Shown one piece after another: positions 17,871 to 26,450 of a DNA stretch of 64,000 nt. The DNA lies in contig JAXDQS010000010.1 in assembly GCA_034667725.1 (NCBI GenBank), positions 160,001-224,000 on the forward strand, in the 5' to 3' direction. This DNA comes from Thermoplasmata archaeon. GTDB taxonomy: Archaea > Thermoplasmatota > E2 > JACPAO01 > JAHFTW01. The notes beneath the pieces are model-generated. The model was not told where the DNA came from. It saw only the letters and a list, made by a program, of their open reading frames with translations, and searched no databases. Made by a program: the position numbers and the translations under genes. The first letter of the stretch is position 1; each line of letters opens with the position of its first letter.

Positions 17871-18905
17871 TTACCGGCGGCGCCACAGCACGAAGCCGAC
17901 CGCCAGCACCGCGCCGGCGCCCGCAAGCCCCAGCGCCCAAGCGGTCGGGAAGGAAGGCACCGCCACGCTCGTGCACGTGGCCGAGTCATCCGACTCGGCG
18001 CCTGCGGCCAAGGCCGTCAGCTTGTAGGTGTAGGTTTGGCCGGCGGCCGCCGTGGTGTCCTCGTAGGGGCTGGTGACGCCGCTGGCAAGCAGGATGAAGG
18101 GGTCCGAGCCGGTGGCGCGGTAGATGTTGTAGGAGGTCGCGTCCGCGACGGCGTCCCACTCGACCTCCACGCCCGCCGCCGTCGGGGCGCACGTGACGTT
18201 GAGCGGCGCGCACGGGACGTCCTGGATGGTGTTGCCGGCCAGCGTGACCGCGCCGTCGAGCGCCAATGCGCTGCCATCGATGGTGGCGCCGGTGCCGACG
18301 GTGATGCTCGCCTGCGCCAGGATGTTGCCTTCCAGGTGGGAGCTGGAGCCAAGCGTGGCGCTGCTGGTGACCTGCCAGAAGACGTTGCAGGACTGAGCAC
18401 CGTTGATGAGCACCACGTTGCTGCCCGAGGCGGTGATGAGCGTCGAGCCGGACTGGAAGATGAAGACGCTGCTCGGGTCGCCGCCCCCGTCGAGCGTCAG
18501 GGTGCCCGTGATGGCCAACGAGTCGGGGGCGTCGTCGTCCGCGTAGACGCCAGGCCCCAAGGTGAGGCCGCCGAGCTCGCCGCCCACGACCGGGATGGCG
18601 CCCGTGCGGTCGCGGGCGTCGGCGTAGGCGGCCAGCAGGTCCGCCTTGGCGGCCGCGGTCACGGCGTCGTCGTGATGGTTCGTCCCCGTGACGGTGACGG
18701 TGCCGAACCCGGTCTGGGAAGCGGTAGGGTGGGAGCCCACGTCGCCCCGGATGGTCGTGGTGCCAGTGTTGGTGATGCCGGCGCCAGCCAAGACGGCGAA
18801 CGTGGCGGCGTCCCCCAGGACGACGACGTCGGCGGCGGTCGCGGCGGGGACGAGGAGGACGAGGGGGACCAAGAGGGTCGGCAGCCATGCGAGTTTGCGG
18901 TGCAC
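17871..18905 (-). CDS. Ice-binding family protein (DUF3494) with an FN3-like domain and PEF-CTERM-like sorting tail
   Basis: LGDAATFAVLAGAGITNTG.TTI.GDVG, LGGLTLGPGVY, LTLDGGGDPSSVFIFQ, NGAQSCNVFWQV.SSATLG, GNILA, GAVTL. Ends VPSFPT, TM helix, WRRR. Confidence 0.92.
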   Translation of the reverse strand: MHRKLAWLPTLLVPLVLLVPAATAADVVVLGDAATFAVLAGAGITNTGTTTIRGDVGSHPTASQTGFGTVTVTGTNHHDDAVTAAAKADLLAAYADARDRTGAIPVVGGELGGLTLGPGVYADDDAPDSLAITGTLTLDGGGDPSSVFIFQSGSTLITASGSNVVLINGAQSCNVFWQVTSSATLGSSSHLEGNILAQASITVGTGATIDGSALALDGAVTLAGNTIQDVPCAPLNVTCAPTAAGVEVEWDAVADATSYNIYRATGSDPFILLASGVTSPYEDTTAAAGQTYTYKLTALAAGAESDDSATCTSVAVPSFPTAWALGLAGAGAVLAVGFVLWRRR

Positions 18906-19225
18906 GGCCGGTCATCCGGGAACCTTCGACATGTCCTTTTTTTTGTAGAACCGGGAGCGTTCCGTCAAGCTTCAATGCCGGGCCCGTTGCGCCGCGTCAA
19001 CATGTTCGGGTCGGTCGGTTGCCGCTATCTTTTCGGGGCCGGCGGTTGGATCATTTTCGGGGGCAGGGCGATGAAGTCCGCCGCATTGCACCGCAGCGCG
19101 GACGCCAAACGCAAGGCCGTCTTGGACAGCCTGCGCGCGGTGTCGCGAAATCCACCCGACGCCCATCCCATGCCCTGACGAAATTCGCAAGGTTTTTCCA
19201 TAATGGTTTTGTCAGCGGTTGCAGC

Positions 19226-19642
19226 ATGAAGCTACTGACCATTTTGCGCTACGCCCTGCTTGCCATCGATGTAGTCGCCACGGTTTTGATTTCCGGCGGG
19301 CATTTCCACTCCATGGGATACTATCCGCCGATGGAGCAGGCGCGCACGGGGCTAGGCGTCTTGGCGGTCGGCGGCCTTGTCGGCTGGCCGCTTCTGCTGC
19401 CACACAGGGCGCCATGGAAAGGACTCGTCAAGCGATGGCAGGACCGCAAGGCCGCCAAGACCGAGAGGCAGCAGCAAGCCGCCGCGCAGAACAGCCTGCA
19501 CGGCCCCAACATCAACACGCAGTCCAGCAAGCGCGGGCTCTTCTGGAACAAGACCGTCTACAACATCTATCAGCTGCAAGCCCCAGGCCCGGGGTCGAGC
19601 CGGTCGCCGACGATCGACCCGGCGTCGCCTTCGGACGAGTAA
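19226..19642 (+). CDS. Hypothetical membrane protein
   Basis: ATG 19226 follows an AT-rich stretch; two hydrophobic segments; overlaps the convergent lipoprotein gene by about 70 nt. Confidence 0.5.
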   Translation: MKLLTILRYALLAIDVVATVLISGGHFHSMGYYPPMEQARTGLGVLAVGGLVGWPLLLPHRAPWKGLVKRWQDRKAAKTERQQQAAAQNSLHGPNINTQSSKRGLFWNKTVYNIYQLQAPGPGSSRSPTIDPASPSDE

Positions 19643-20658
19643 GGCAAGCGGAACACCCACATTCCGGCCGCGTCCGGGTACAGCATCACGTGGTCGCGGG
19701 GGTCTTCTTGGACCCGGCAAGACGTCCACGAGCCGCCCGTCTTCATGAGAAGGTCCGTCCAGCCGTCGCCTTGCGCCAGGACGAAGGTGGCGTTCCCCAG
19801 GACCCAGATCCCTTGTGGCGTCTTGTTCAAGGCGACGATCTCCGTGGCAAGCTGGCCTGCTTGCAGGCGGGCCAGCATGGTTTGTCCCGTGGCAGACTTC
19901 CACGCAAACGCATGGAGCCCTTCGGCTTGGGCCGCGACGCAGGAAGTGGCCCCCGCGAAGGCAAGGGGGTCAAGCACCCGTTGCTCCACCAAGGCCCCCT
20001 CGTCGTCGAGGATGGCGGCCTCCAAGACGCCCCCTTGGCGTTGGCAGAGAGCCAACGTCTGGCCGTCGCTCCCTAGGCTGGGCACGTTAAGGCCTCGATC
20101 GACGGCAGGGTCCAAGGCGACGTCCACGAGGTGGTCGCCTTCGACCTTGACGAGCCGATGCGCGTCCAGGCCGTCCGGGTCCAGCAGCAAGGCATACGCG
20201 ACGCCTTGGTGGAGCACCGCGTTGCCGACGTGGTAGCCTGACCGTTTGTCGGCCATGAGGGTGAACCGCAGGTCGGATTCCTGCAACGCGTAGACGACAG
20301 GCCCTGGCTCGGACTCCAGGAACACCGTCCCCACGCCGTCGTGCCGCACGGCGGCCACGGCATAGGCGCTGCCGGGGGCGGAGCCGCGCCCGAGCTCCCG
20401 CGCCACTGGATCCAAGGCCACGGCCTCGGCGGCCGAGCCCCCCGACAAGTAGACGCGGGACAAGCCGTCTTGGGCCGTGGGCAGCAGCCGGACGGCGTAC
20501 GTCAGGTTCGCCTGGTCCGTCGGGAAGACGAACTCGAAATGCGTCCCAAGGGGCTCCGGGGCCGATGGCTCCTCGGGCCGGCTTGGCGGGACGGTGCAAC
20601 CGGCCAGGACCACGACGAGGCAGGCGGCCAATGCTGTTCGGGACAGGTTGGTGCGCAT
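19570..20658 (-). CDS. Hypothetical lipoprotein, beta-rich
   Basis: MRTNLSRTALAACLVVVLAGC lipobox; starts 8 nt after the upstream gene's stop. Confidence 0.7.
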   Translation of the reverse strand: MRTNLSRTALAACLVVVLAGCTVPPSRPEEPSAPEPLGTHFEFVFPTDQANLTYAVRLLPTAQDGLSRVYLSGGSAAEAVALDPVARELGRGSAPGSAYAVAAVRHDGVGTVFLESEPGPVVYALQESDLRFTLMADKRSGYHVGNAVLHQGVAYALLLDPDGLDAHRLVKVEGDHLVDVALDPAVDRGLNVPSLGSDGQTLALCQRQGGVLEAAILDDEGALVEQRVLDPLAFAGATSCVAAQAEGLHAFAWKSATGQTMLARLQAGQLATEIVALNKTPQGIWVLGNATFVLAQGDGWTDLLMKTGGSWTSCRVQEDPRDHVMLYPDAAGMWVFRLPYSSEGDAGSIVGDRLDPGPGACS

Positions 20659-20665
20659 GGCATCC

Positions 20666-22327
20666 TCAGCAGGACCCTGGGTCTGTGAGCCCTGTGGTGC
20701 CCTTGGAGCCTTGGGCGCCGCCACGCATGTCATGGGCGCCATCCGACCCGGATTCGAAGCCCGTTCCGTGCTTGCCGCCTTCGGCGGTCAAGTCCTGGAG
20801 CCGGCCGCCGTCGCCGCCGCAGCCGCCGTCGCATTGCACGTCGCGGTGGAATCCGCCGCTGCCGCCAGCTCCGCCGGCGCCGCCGTTGCCGCGATGCGCG
20901 ATGGCGAACCCGCCGTCGCCGCCGCGGCCGACGGGGGTGGTGGCGTTGCCGCCGGCGCCGCCGGTGGCCTTGCCGAGGCCGCTGTCGCCGCCGGCGCCGC
21001 CGGGGCTGCCGGCCGTGCAGGGATAGTCGCACGACACGACGCCCCACGAGGAATGGTATTCGCCGTTGCCGCCCATGCCGCCGGCGCCTCCCAGGCCGCC
21101 GTCGCCGCCGGTCAGGTAGGCATTGCCGCCGTTGCCGCCATGCACCGGGCCGTCGTTGCCGCGCCCGCCTGAGGCGTTGTAGGTGTGACCGTTGTCGCCC
21201 CGGCTTCCGGCTCCGGACGCGGCGGCCATGGTCCGGGTGGAGCAGTCGGCGTCATGGCCGTTGTCGCCCGAGCCGCCCGCAGGGGCAGGGGCTCCGCCAC
21301 CAACGTCGTCGGATGGCCCGTCGCGGCTCTTGGTCAGGCAACTGCCAAACGGGTGGGCGTCCCGGCAATCCTTGAGCCGGTCGCACGTGACGCCGGGCTC
21401 CCTTGGACAGGTCCGCCGCGCCACTTGGTCCACGAGGCAATACGGGGGATCGGGATGGGGGTAGCACTCGATCAGGCAAGTGGTGGCGTCCTTGTCGCAA
21501 GCGGGTTCGCAGGCGTCCGGGGCCGCCAACGCCAGGCCGCCGTCGCCGCCGCGGCCGCCGGCAAGCGCGGACTGGAGCACGGACGGCGGAATGCCGGAAA
21601 ACTCGCCCAGGCTCTTGCCCCCGGGTCCGCCGAAGGCCGCCGCGTCGCGGCGTTGCGTGAAGGCCAAGGCGGCCCCTCCGGCTCCGCCGGCGCCGGCTTG
21701 CAGGACGCCGCGCGGCAGGCTGAGTCCCGAGGCTGGGCCAGCGTACGTGATGGCCAGCTTGCCGCCGTCGCCGCCAGCCCCGCCATCAGCGCGCGCCAAG
21801 CTGTCGGCGATACAGCCCGGCACGACGCCTCCCAAGCCGCCGTCGCCGCCGGGGCCCGTGCACAGCAAGGCCGTCGGGTCGATGCGCAGCGCAGGCGTCT
21901 CCTTGGTCTTGGCATCGTCCAGCAGGAAGATGCGCAATTTGCCGCCCGGGCCGCCGTCGGAGCCGGCGGCCGTGTTGGTGGCCACCACGTCCTTGCCGAT
22001 GCGGCCGGCGCCGGTGCACAAGGTCGCGCCGCGTCCAAGGACGATGCTTTCCGCCTGGATGCAAAGCCCTGGGGCAAGCCCGGGCTCGGCGTTGGCGGTC
22101 CCTAGATGCCCGTCGATCACCAGCTTGGCGGCCCGGACCACGGTGTCCACGGGGTACGTCACGTTGGAGCTCGCGGGCACCGTGAAGATGGGGGCCTCGA
22201 CCACGTTGCCGGTGTCCGAGCACAGGGGGTTGCTTGGAGAGAGGTCGAACGGAACCGTCAGGCCGCCAACAATCAAGAATCCCAATGCGGCCGTGAACGT
22301 CGGCCTGAACTTGGGTGGAGCCTGCAT
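20666..22327 (-). CDS. Secreted Gly-rich (GGxGGxGG, PGRS-like) and Cys-rich protein
   Basis: N-terminal hydrophobic segment, many GGxGGxGG blocks and a central Cys-rich linker. Confidence 0.75.
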   Translation of the reverse strand: MQAPPKFRPTFTAALGFLIVGGLTVPFDLSPSNPLCSDTGNVVEAPIFTVPASSNVTYPVDTVVRAAKLVIDGHLGTANAEPGLAPGLCIQAESIVLGRGATLCTGAGRIGKDVVATNTAAGSDGGPGGKLRIFLLDDAKTKETPALRIDPTALLCTGPGGDGGLGGVVPGCIADSLARADGGAGGDGGKLAITYAGPASGLSLPRGVLQAGAGGAGGAALAFTQRRDAAAFGGPGGKSLGEFSGIPPSVLQSALAGGRGGDGGLALAAPDACEPACDKDATTCLIECYPHPDPPYCLVDQVARRTCPREPGVTCDRLKDCRDAHPFGSCLTKSRDGPSDDVGGGAPAPAGGSGDNGHDADCSTRTMAAASGAGSRGDNGHTYNASGGRGNDGPVHGGNGGNAYLTGGDGGLGGAGGMGGNGEYHSSWGVVSCDYPCTAGSPGGAGGDSGLGKATGGAGGNATTPVGRGGDGGFAIAHRGNGGAGGAGGSGGFHRDVQCDGGCGGDGGRLQDLTAEGGKHGTGFESGSDGAHDMRGGAQGSKGTTGLTDPGSC

Positions 22328-22676
22328 GTTCGCCGATGCGCTCACTTTCAGTGTGGTTGAAAGGGTATTGGACGCAGTTGGAACAATATGCAGTTATAAC
22401 AATAGGAACACTAGGGGAATCCATCTCGTTACCGCAACGGTCCCATCTCTTGCAAATAAGCTTATGCTGAAGGGCACTTTTTTATTCGCCCTTCTCAGAA
22501 CAAAATGGGTCTGAGGGCATCGCATCCGCGGCTGCGCGGGGATTCTTTCCTGACCGAACTTCGAACGCCCTCTTTTGAAGAAATCAAGAATTCTATGCCA
22601 GCGTCTCGTCTCAGTCCAATCCAACGAGGCGACCGGAGACTTCTTTCCCATTGATTCCGCAAACCCGGTGATTCAG

Positions 22677-24434
22677 ATGATCGCCAAACAAACCCCGACC
22701 AAGCAACTGGCCGCGGCCGCCCTTGCAGTCCTGCTTCTGGGCCCCGCCGTCAGCCTCACTGGCTCCCTGGAGCCGTTCGCGACGGAGTCTGCCGTGTCCT
22801 TGGGCACCTTCGAAGGCGCGCCGCTCGCCGCCAAAGCGCAGCTGCGGGATGCCCGTCTTGCCTGCGCCGCGCTGCACGGCTTGGAGCCCCATAGCCGCGA
22901 CTACCAAGCACCGATCGGCTGCGACCGCGAAGGCGGCTTGGACTTGCCTCCGGGAACCTGCGACGGCTGCGACCCGTCCCCACTCTATGCCTTGTCCTGC
23001 GCCGACGGCTCGCCCGGCCTCGCCCACCAAGGCGCGGACCTGGCCTGTGCCAGCGAGGCCGGCCGGTACGCCCAATGCGTCGTGGTGCCCCTGCTCCCGG
23101 TCAACATCACCCCGATTCCCTTGGACTTCGGCGCCACCTGCGAGCCGGGCGACGAAACCCTGTGCAAGACCGCCGTGGCGGACCTCTGCGCCTACGTCCC
23201 CCACATCGTGGAATCCATCCCCCAGGAAATCGAGGCCTTGGGCCCTGCCCTCGCCTCCGCCATGGCGCTCACGTCCTGCGACTCCGTGCCTTGGCTCAGT
23301 CTCCATCTCAGGTGCGGCGGCTCGGGCGGCCCCGCCCCGCCCAAGACCCCCCGCCCGGACGGAATCCACTGCGAGGACCGCCAATCCACTGGCGCCGGCG
23401 GCGCCTGGAGCCTGGTGATCCCGACGGCCGACCTAGGCCCGTCCTCGCCACCCTCGATGGCGGGCTTCACGTCCTACGCCAGCCTGTCCTTGGACATCCC
23501 CGACGCGGGGACGAACAGCCAACGAATCTGCTACAAGCCCGGCACCTGGGATCCCGTGTCGCCCCCAACGCGCGAGCCTCCTTCTGCGGACGCAATCGCC
23601 GCGAAGCAACATGAGTGCGACGTGAGCATGATGATCTTCGCGGTCGGCGCTGCCGTCGCCATCGCGGGGGCCTTCAAAGGGAACCCCGGCGTCGTGATGG
23701 CCGGCGTCGGCATGATGGCGACCGGTGCTGCCATGTCAGGCGCGTGCGCCGAGGCCGAGGCCATGCGCGACGATCCCGGCTACATGAAGTGCGTCGGGCA
23801 CGCCCAGGTCACCTGGGGCGGCGCCAACGGCAACAGCTTCGACCACGCAATCCTCAGCACCGGAATCTTGGCGGTGTCCAGCCACTCTGACGGCCCTGGC
23901 TACCGCGAGGAAAACTTCCCGCCGCTCAACAAGCCCCTCTTTGACGCCGAGGGCTACCATTATGGCAACGAAACCGCCTGTCCCGGCAACATGGAGGCCA
24001 ACAACCAAGCTGCTTGGGACCGCTTCCTGGAATACATGGACACGACCAGCACCAGCGGCTCCGCGAAAGCCTCCCTCGACGTCGCGGCGCACATCGCAGG
24101 CACGGGCGCGGTCTTCGACCCGTTGTTCAGGCTTGCCCCCGGCGTCTTCACGACCTCGGCCGGCAACCTGGTCTTCGGGTGCAGCACCACGGTCTGCGAC
24201 GTCCAAGCCACCATCAGCATCGAGAGCTGCGGCCAGCAGGTCATGGCGGCCAACGCCAACCAAGTCCAATACTCCTTCATCGGCAAGGCCGGCTGCACCA
24301 CCTTGGCGATCACCGTGAACGGCCGCGCCGTCACCGTCACCCTGCCGCTGGTGCGGCTGGACGGCAGCTTCGGCGGCGAAGGCAACACCATCATAGGAGG
24401 CGGAGCGCTGGGAGCGATCCTGGCCACCGTTTGA
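22677..24434 (+). CDS. Secreted Cys-rich hypothetical protein with an internal Gly/Ala hydrophobic hairpin
   Basis: Signal peptide QLAAAALAVLLLGPAVS, Cys-rich N-terminal half, MMIFAVGAAVAIAGAFKGNPGVVMAGVGMMATGAAMSGA at about 23628-23744. Confidence 0.75.
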   Translation: MIAKQTPTKQLAAAALAVLLLGPAVSLTGSLEPFATESAVSLGTFEGAPLAAKAQLRDARLACAALHGLEPHSRDYQAPIGCDREGGLDLPPGTCDGCDPSPLYALSCADGSPGLAHQGADLACASEAGRYAQCVVVPLLPVNITPIPLDFGATCEPGDETLCKTAVADLCAYVPHIVESIPQEIEALGPALASAMALTSCDSVPWLSLHLRCGGSGGPAPPKTPRPDGIHCEDRQSTGAGGAWSLVIPTADLGPSSPPSMAGFTSYASLSLDIPDAGTNSQRICYKPGTWDPVSPPTREPPSADAIAAKQHECDVSMMIFAVGAAVAIAGAFKGNPGVVMAGVGMMATGAAMSGACAEAEAMRDDPGYMKCVGHAQVTWGGANGNSFDHAILSTGILAVSSHSDGPGYREENFPPLNKPLFDAEGYHYGNETACPGNMEANNQAAWDRFLEYMDTTSTSGSAKASLDVAAHIAGTGAVFDPLFRLAPGVFTTSAGNLVFGCSTTVCDVQATISIESCGQQVMAANANQVQYSFIGKAGCTTLAITVNGRAVTVTLPLVRLDGSFGGEGNTIIGGGALGAILATV

Positions 24435-24436
24435 CC

Positions 24437-24796
24437 ATGACCAACCGAACGATCCTTGGACACCTTGTCGGCTTGCTCGGCATCGCCGCCTTCAGCTTCT
24501 GGGGCATCGAAATCCTGCAAGGCTGGGCCTGGAGGGGCATCCTGGGGGTGTTGCTTGGGGTCGCAGGCATCGCAGCCTACGTTCGACTCGTGGCCAAGGA
24601 CGACCCGAACACGATGCGCTCCCCGCTGGGCTGGGGCACCATCGCCGCCGTGGCCGTCCTTGCCAGCCTGGTTGCGCTTCAAGGATACGGCGCCTTGCCC
24701 GACCTTGAGGTCGGCTTCTGGGTGTTCGTCGCCCTGCTGATCATCGGGGCGACCGCCGCAGCGGTGCGGACGCGAACCGCCAAGCGCCTCCACTAG
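24437..24796 (+). CDS. Small four-TM membrane protein
   Basis: MTNRTILGHLVGLLGIAAFSFWG... 119 aa with four hydrophobic helices; starts 2 nt after the upstream stop. Confidence 0.75.
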   Translation: MTNRTILGHLVGLLGIAAFSFWGIEILQGWAWRGILGVLLGVAGIAAYVRLVAKDDPNTMRSPLGWGTIAAVAVLASLVALQGYGALPDLEVGFWVFVALLIIGATAAAVRTRTAKRLH

Positions 24797-24920
24797 CGAT
24801 GCTTGGCCGAGCCGTGGTTCACTCCTTTAATAGCCCTGCACCGTCGCGCAACCTGCGCTCTGGTGCGTCTGGGTCGCCGGCCCCCGACGAAGCGAGTTTC
24901 GCACCAAGGAGAGCACTTCA

Positions 24921-24994
24921 GGGCCCGTAGTGTAGCTTGGATATCACAGAAGCCTCCGGAGCTTCAGACCGGGATTCGAATTCCCGCGGGCCCG
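24921..24994 (+). tRNA. tRNA-Arg(CCG), no intron, CCA not encoded
   Basis: Acceptor stem GGGCCCG/CGGGCCC, anticodon arm GAAGC-CTCCGGA-GCTTC, T arm CGGGA-TTCGAAT-TCCCG, discriminator G. Confidence 0.95.
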
Positions 24995-25027
24995 CTCCTT
25001 TTCCGTCCTGGCTGCCTGCCGCGCGTG

Positions 25028-25309
25028 ATGGCGGACCCCGACAAGGCGGACCTGCAACGGATGGCGGAGGAGCTGCGCCGGCAGGCGGAGGATTTGGCCA
25101 AGACCGTGCGCCGCGCCTTCGAGGACGTGGCGGAGAACGCGCAGGTCGAGGCGGAGAAGGCGGGCGCCAAGTTCGCGGCGGCCTATCCTGACTTGTACGC
25201 CGAGCTGCGCAAGACGGGCAAGCAGCTGGAGCGCACGGCGCGGCAGGCGGCGAAGGACTTCGGGTTGGCGGGCGGTCAGTCCGACGACCGGAAGCGCTCC
25301 AGCAAGTAG
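25028..25309 (+). CDS. Small alpha-helical/coiled-coil hypothetical protein
   Basis: MADPDKADLQRMAEELRRQAEDLAK...; host-like codon usage. Confidence 0.7.
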   Translation: MADPDKADLQRMAEELRRQAEDLAKTVRRAFEDVAENAQVEAEKAGAKFAAAYPDLYAELRKTGKQLERTARQAAKDFGLAGGQSDDRKRSSK

Positions 25310-25473
25310 TACGCCGCCGTCACCGTGCCCAAGGCCACGAGCGGGAAGGCGAGCACGGCGATGCCCCAGGCCTGGAGGGCGCCGTCGTGGCTCGACAGGA
25401 GGGCGGCGCCGGTGAGCATGACGGCGCTGAAGGCCAGCCACAGCAAGGGGTAGCGCAGGCGCCGTTCGGCCAC
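25276..25473 (-). CDS. Small two-TM hypothetical protein
   Basis: 65 aa with two hydrophobic helices. Confidence 0.6.
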   Translation of the reverse strand: MAERRLRYPLLWLAFSAVMLTGAALLSSHDGALQAWGIAVLAFPLVALGTVTAAYYLLERFRSSD

Positions 25474-25526
25474 GAGGGCGCCGACGGCCCTGCGGGCTTC
25501 TATGTTTGGGCGCCGTGCCCGCCCCG

Positions 25527-25889
25527 ATGGCCGACCTGCACGCCGACTTGTCGAAGTGGCTCGCCTGGGAGTTCGATCGCGCTTGGCTGGAGGCGCACGC
25601 GGGCTGGAAGGACTTCGGCAACGGCTCGCGCATCGGCAAGCTGGCGCGCAACGGCAACGTCGGCCTGGTGGTGTACCACATCGCGGACGGGGCGCCGGAC
25701 ACGGTGTTCGGGGCGCACACGCACACGGGCGGCGAGATGTACCTGGTGCTGGCCGGCGAGACCTATGACGACGAGGGCGTCTATCCGAAGGGCTCGCTGG
25801 TCTGGATGAGGCCGGGCTCCCGCCACTTGCCCAAGACCCGGGGCGACACCTGGATCCTGGTGCTTTGGCCGGACGGAGTCCGGGTGTAG
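25527..25889 (+). CDS. Cupin domain protein (ChrR-like)
   Basis: FGAHTHTGGEMYLVLAG...YPKGSLVWMRPGSRHLP cupin motifs. Confidence 0.85.
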   Translation: MADLHADLSKWLAWEFDRAWLEAHAGWKDFGNGSRIGKLARNGNVGLVVYHIADGAPDTVFGAHTHTGGEMYLVLAGETYDDEGVYPKGSLVWMRPGSRHLPKTRGDTWILVLWPDGVRV

Positions 25890-26115
25890 CTGCACCGGAA
25901 GCGGCCGGGCTGGACCCAACGCCTTCGCTTCGACTGGAAGCTTCAAATGATGGCCGTGGCGGGCGCGGTTTCGGCTAAAGCCCTTCCCGCGGACGAATCT
26001 GTCGGCTTATCTAGCCCGGCGCATCCATGGGGGGTGGAAGCCGTGATTCCATGGAACCCAACTGCACCTCCGAGACGCACGAGTACTTTTACTGGTGAGT
26101 CCACCGGAAGCAACC
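25889..26115. other. Non-coding region between convergent genes with several ORB-like boxes and an 11-bp inverted repeat
   Basis: GCTGCACCGGAAGC (25889), minus-strand GCTTCCAGTCGAAGCGAAGG (about 25941-25922), GTCCACCGGAAGCAA (26099). Inverted repeat GCCGGGCTGGA (25904-25914) / TCTAGCCCGGC (26010-26020). Confidence 0.45.
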
Positions 26116-26152
26116 CTTCGCCTGTCGCCTCCCCCGCTCTGTCCCCTGTCCT

Positions 26153-26398
26153 TCAGGCCCCTTTGCCCTTCTTGGGGCCAAGGGGTCGGATCCCCACCAT
26201 CTTGGCGTAGAAGCCGTTGGGGAAGCCGCGCACCAGCCGGTCGTGCCGCGCCACCGCGCCGGGCACCCCCGCACGCACCCGTTTTTGGGCCCGCCACACC
26301 AGCGGCAGGAAGACGGCGAAGCCCAGCAGGTAGAGCCCGCCCAGGGAATACCAGACCCAGGTGGCTGCCGTCCAGCCGGCCGGGTCCCAAGGCGCCAC
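26153..26398 (-). CDS. Small single-TM hypothetical protein; C-terminus resembles the LemA C-terminal motif
   Basis: TM helix followed by HDRLVRGFPNGFYAKMVG. Confidence 0.6.
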   Translation of the reverse strand: MAPWDPAGWTAATWVWYSLGGLYLLGFAVFLPLVWRAQKRVRAGVPGAVARHDRLVRGFPNGFYAKMVGIRPLGPKKGKGA

Positions 26399-26450
26399 GG
26401 CCGGCCCAGTTTCCCGCCGGATTTATAGGCCCATCCCATCGCCGCCCCCC

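Noticed and set aside
18937-18944. T8/A8 homopolymer upstream of the ice-binding gene as a phase-variation switch
   Set aside because: It sits about 30-40 nt upstream of the start, where a BRE/TATA element is expected; there is no evidence of length variation without reads.
19071-19178. 35-aa ORF MKSAALHRSADAKRKAVLDSLRAVSRNPPDAHPMP
   Set aside because: Too short, with no recognisable motif; cannot be supported from sequence alone.
18970-24994. tRNA-anchored integrated element with att sites
   Set aside because: No integrase and no convincing duplicate of the tRNA 3' end; the match near 18978-18987 is only a short GC-rich word.
25890-26150. RNase P RNA or C/D box sRNA
   Set aside because: CGGCTTA resembles the RNase P 3' motif, but GAGGAAAGTCC is absent on both strands. 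The C-box-like ATGATGG has no matching CTGA D box.
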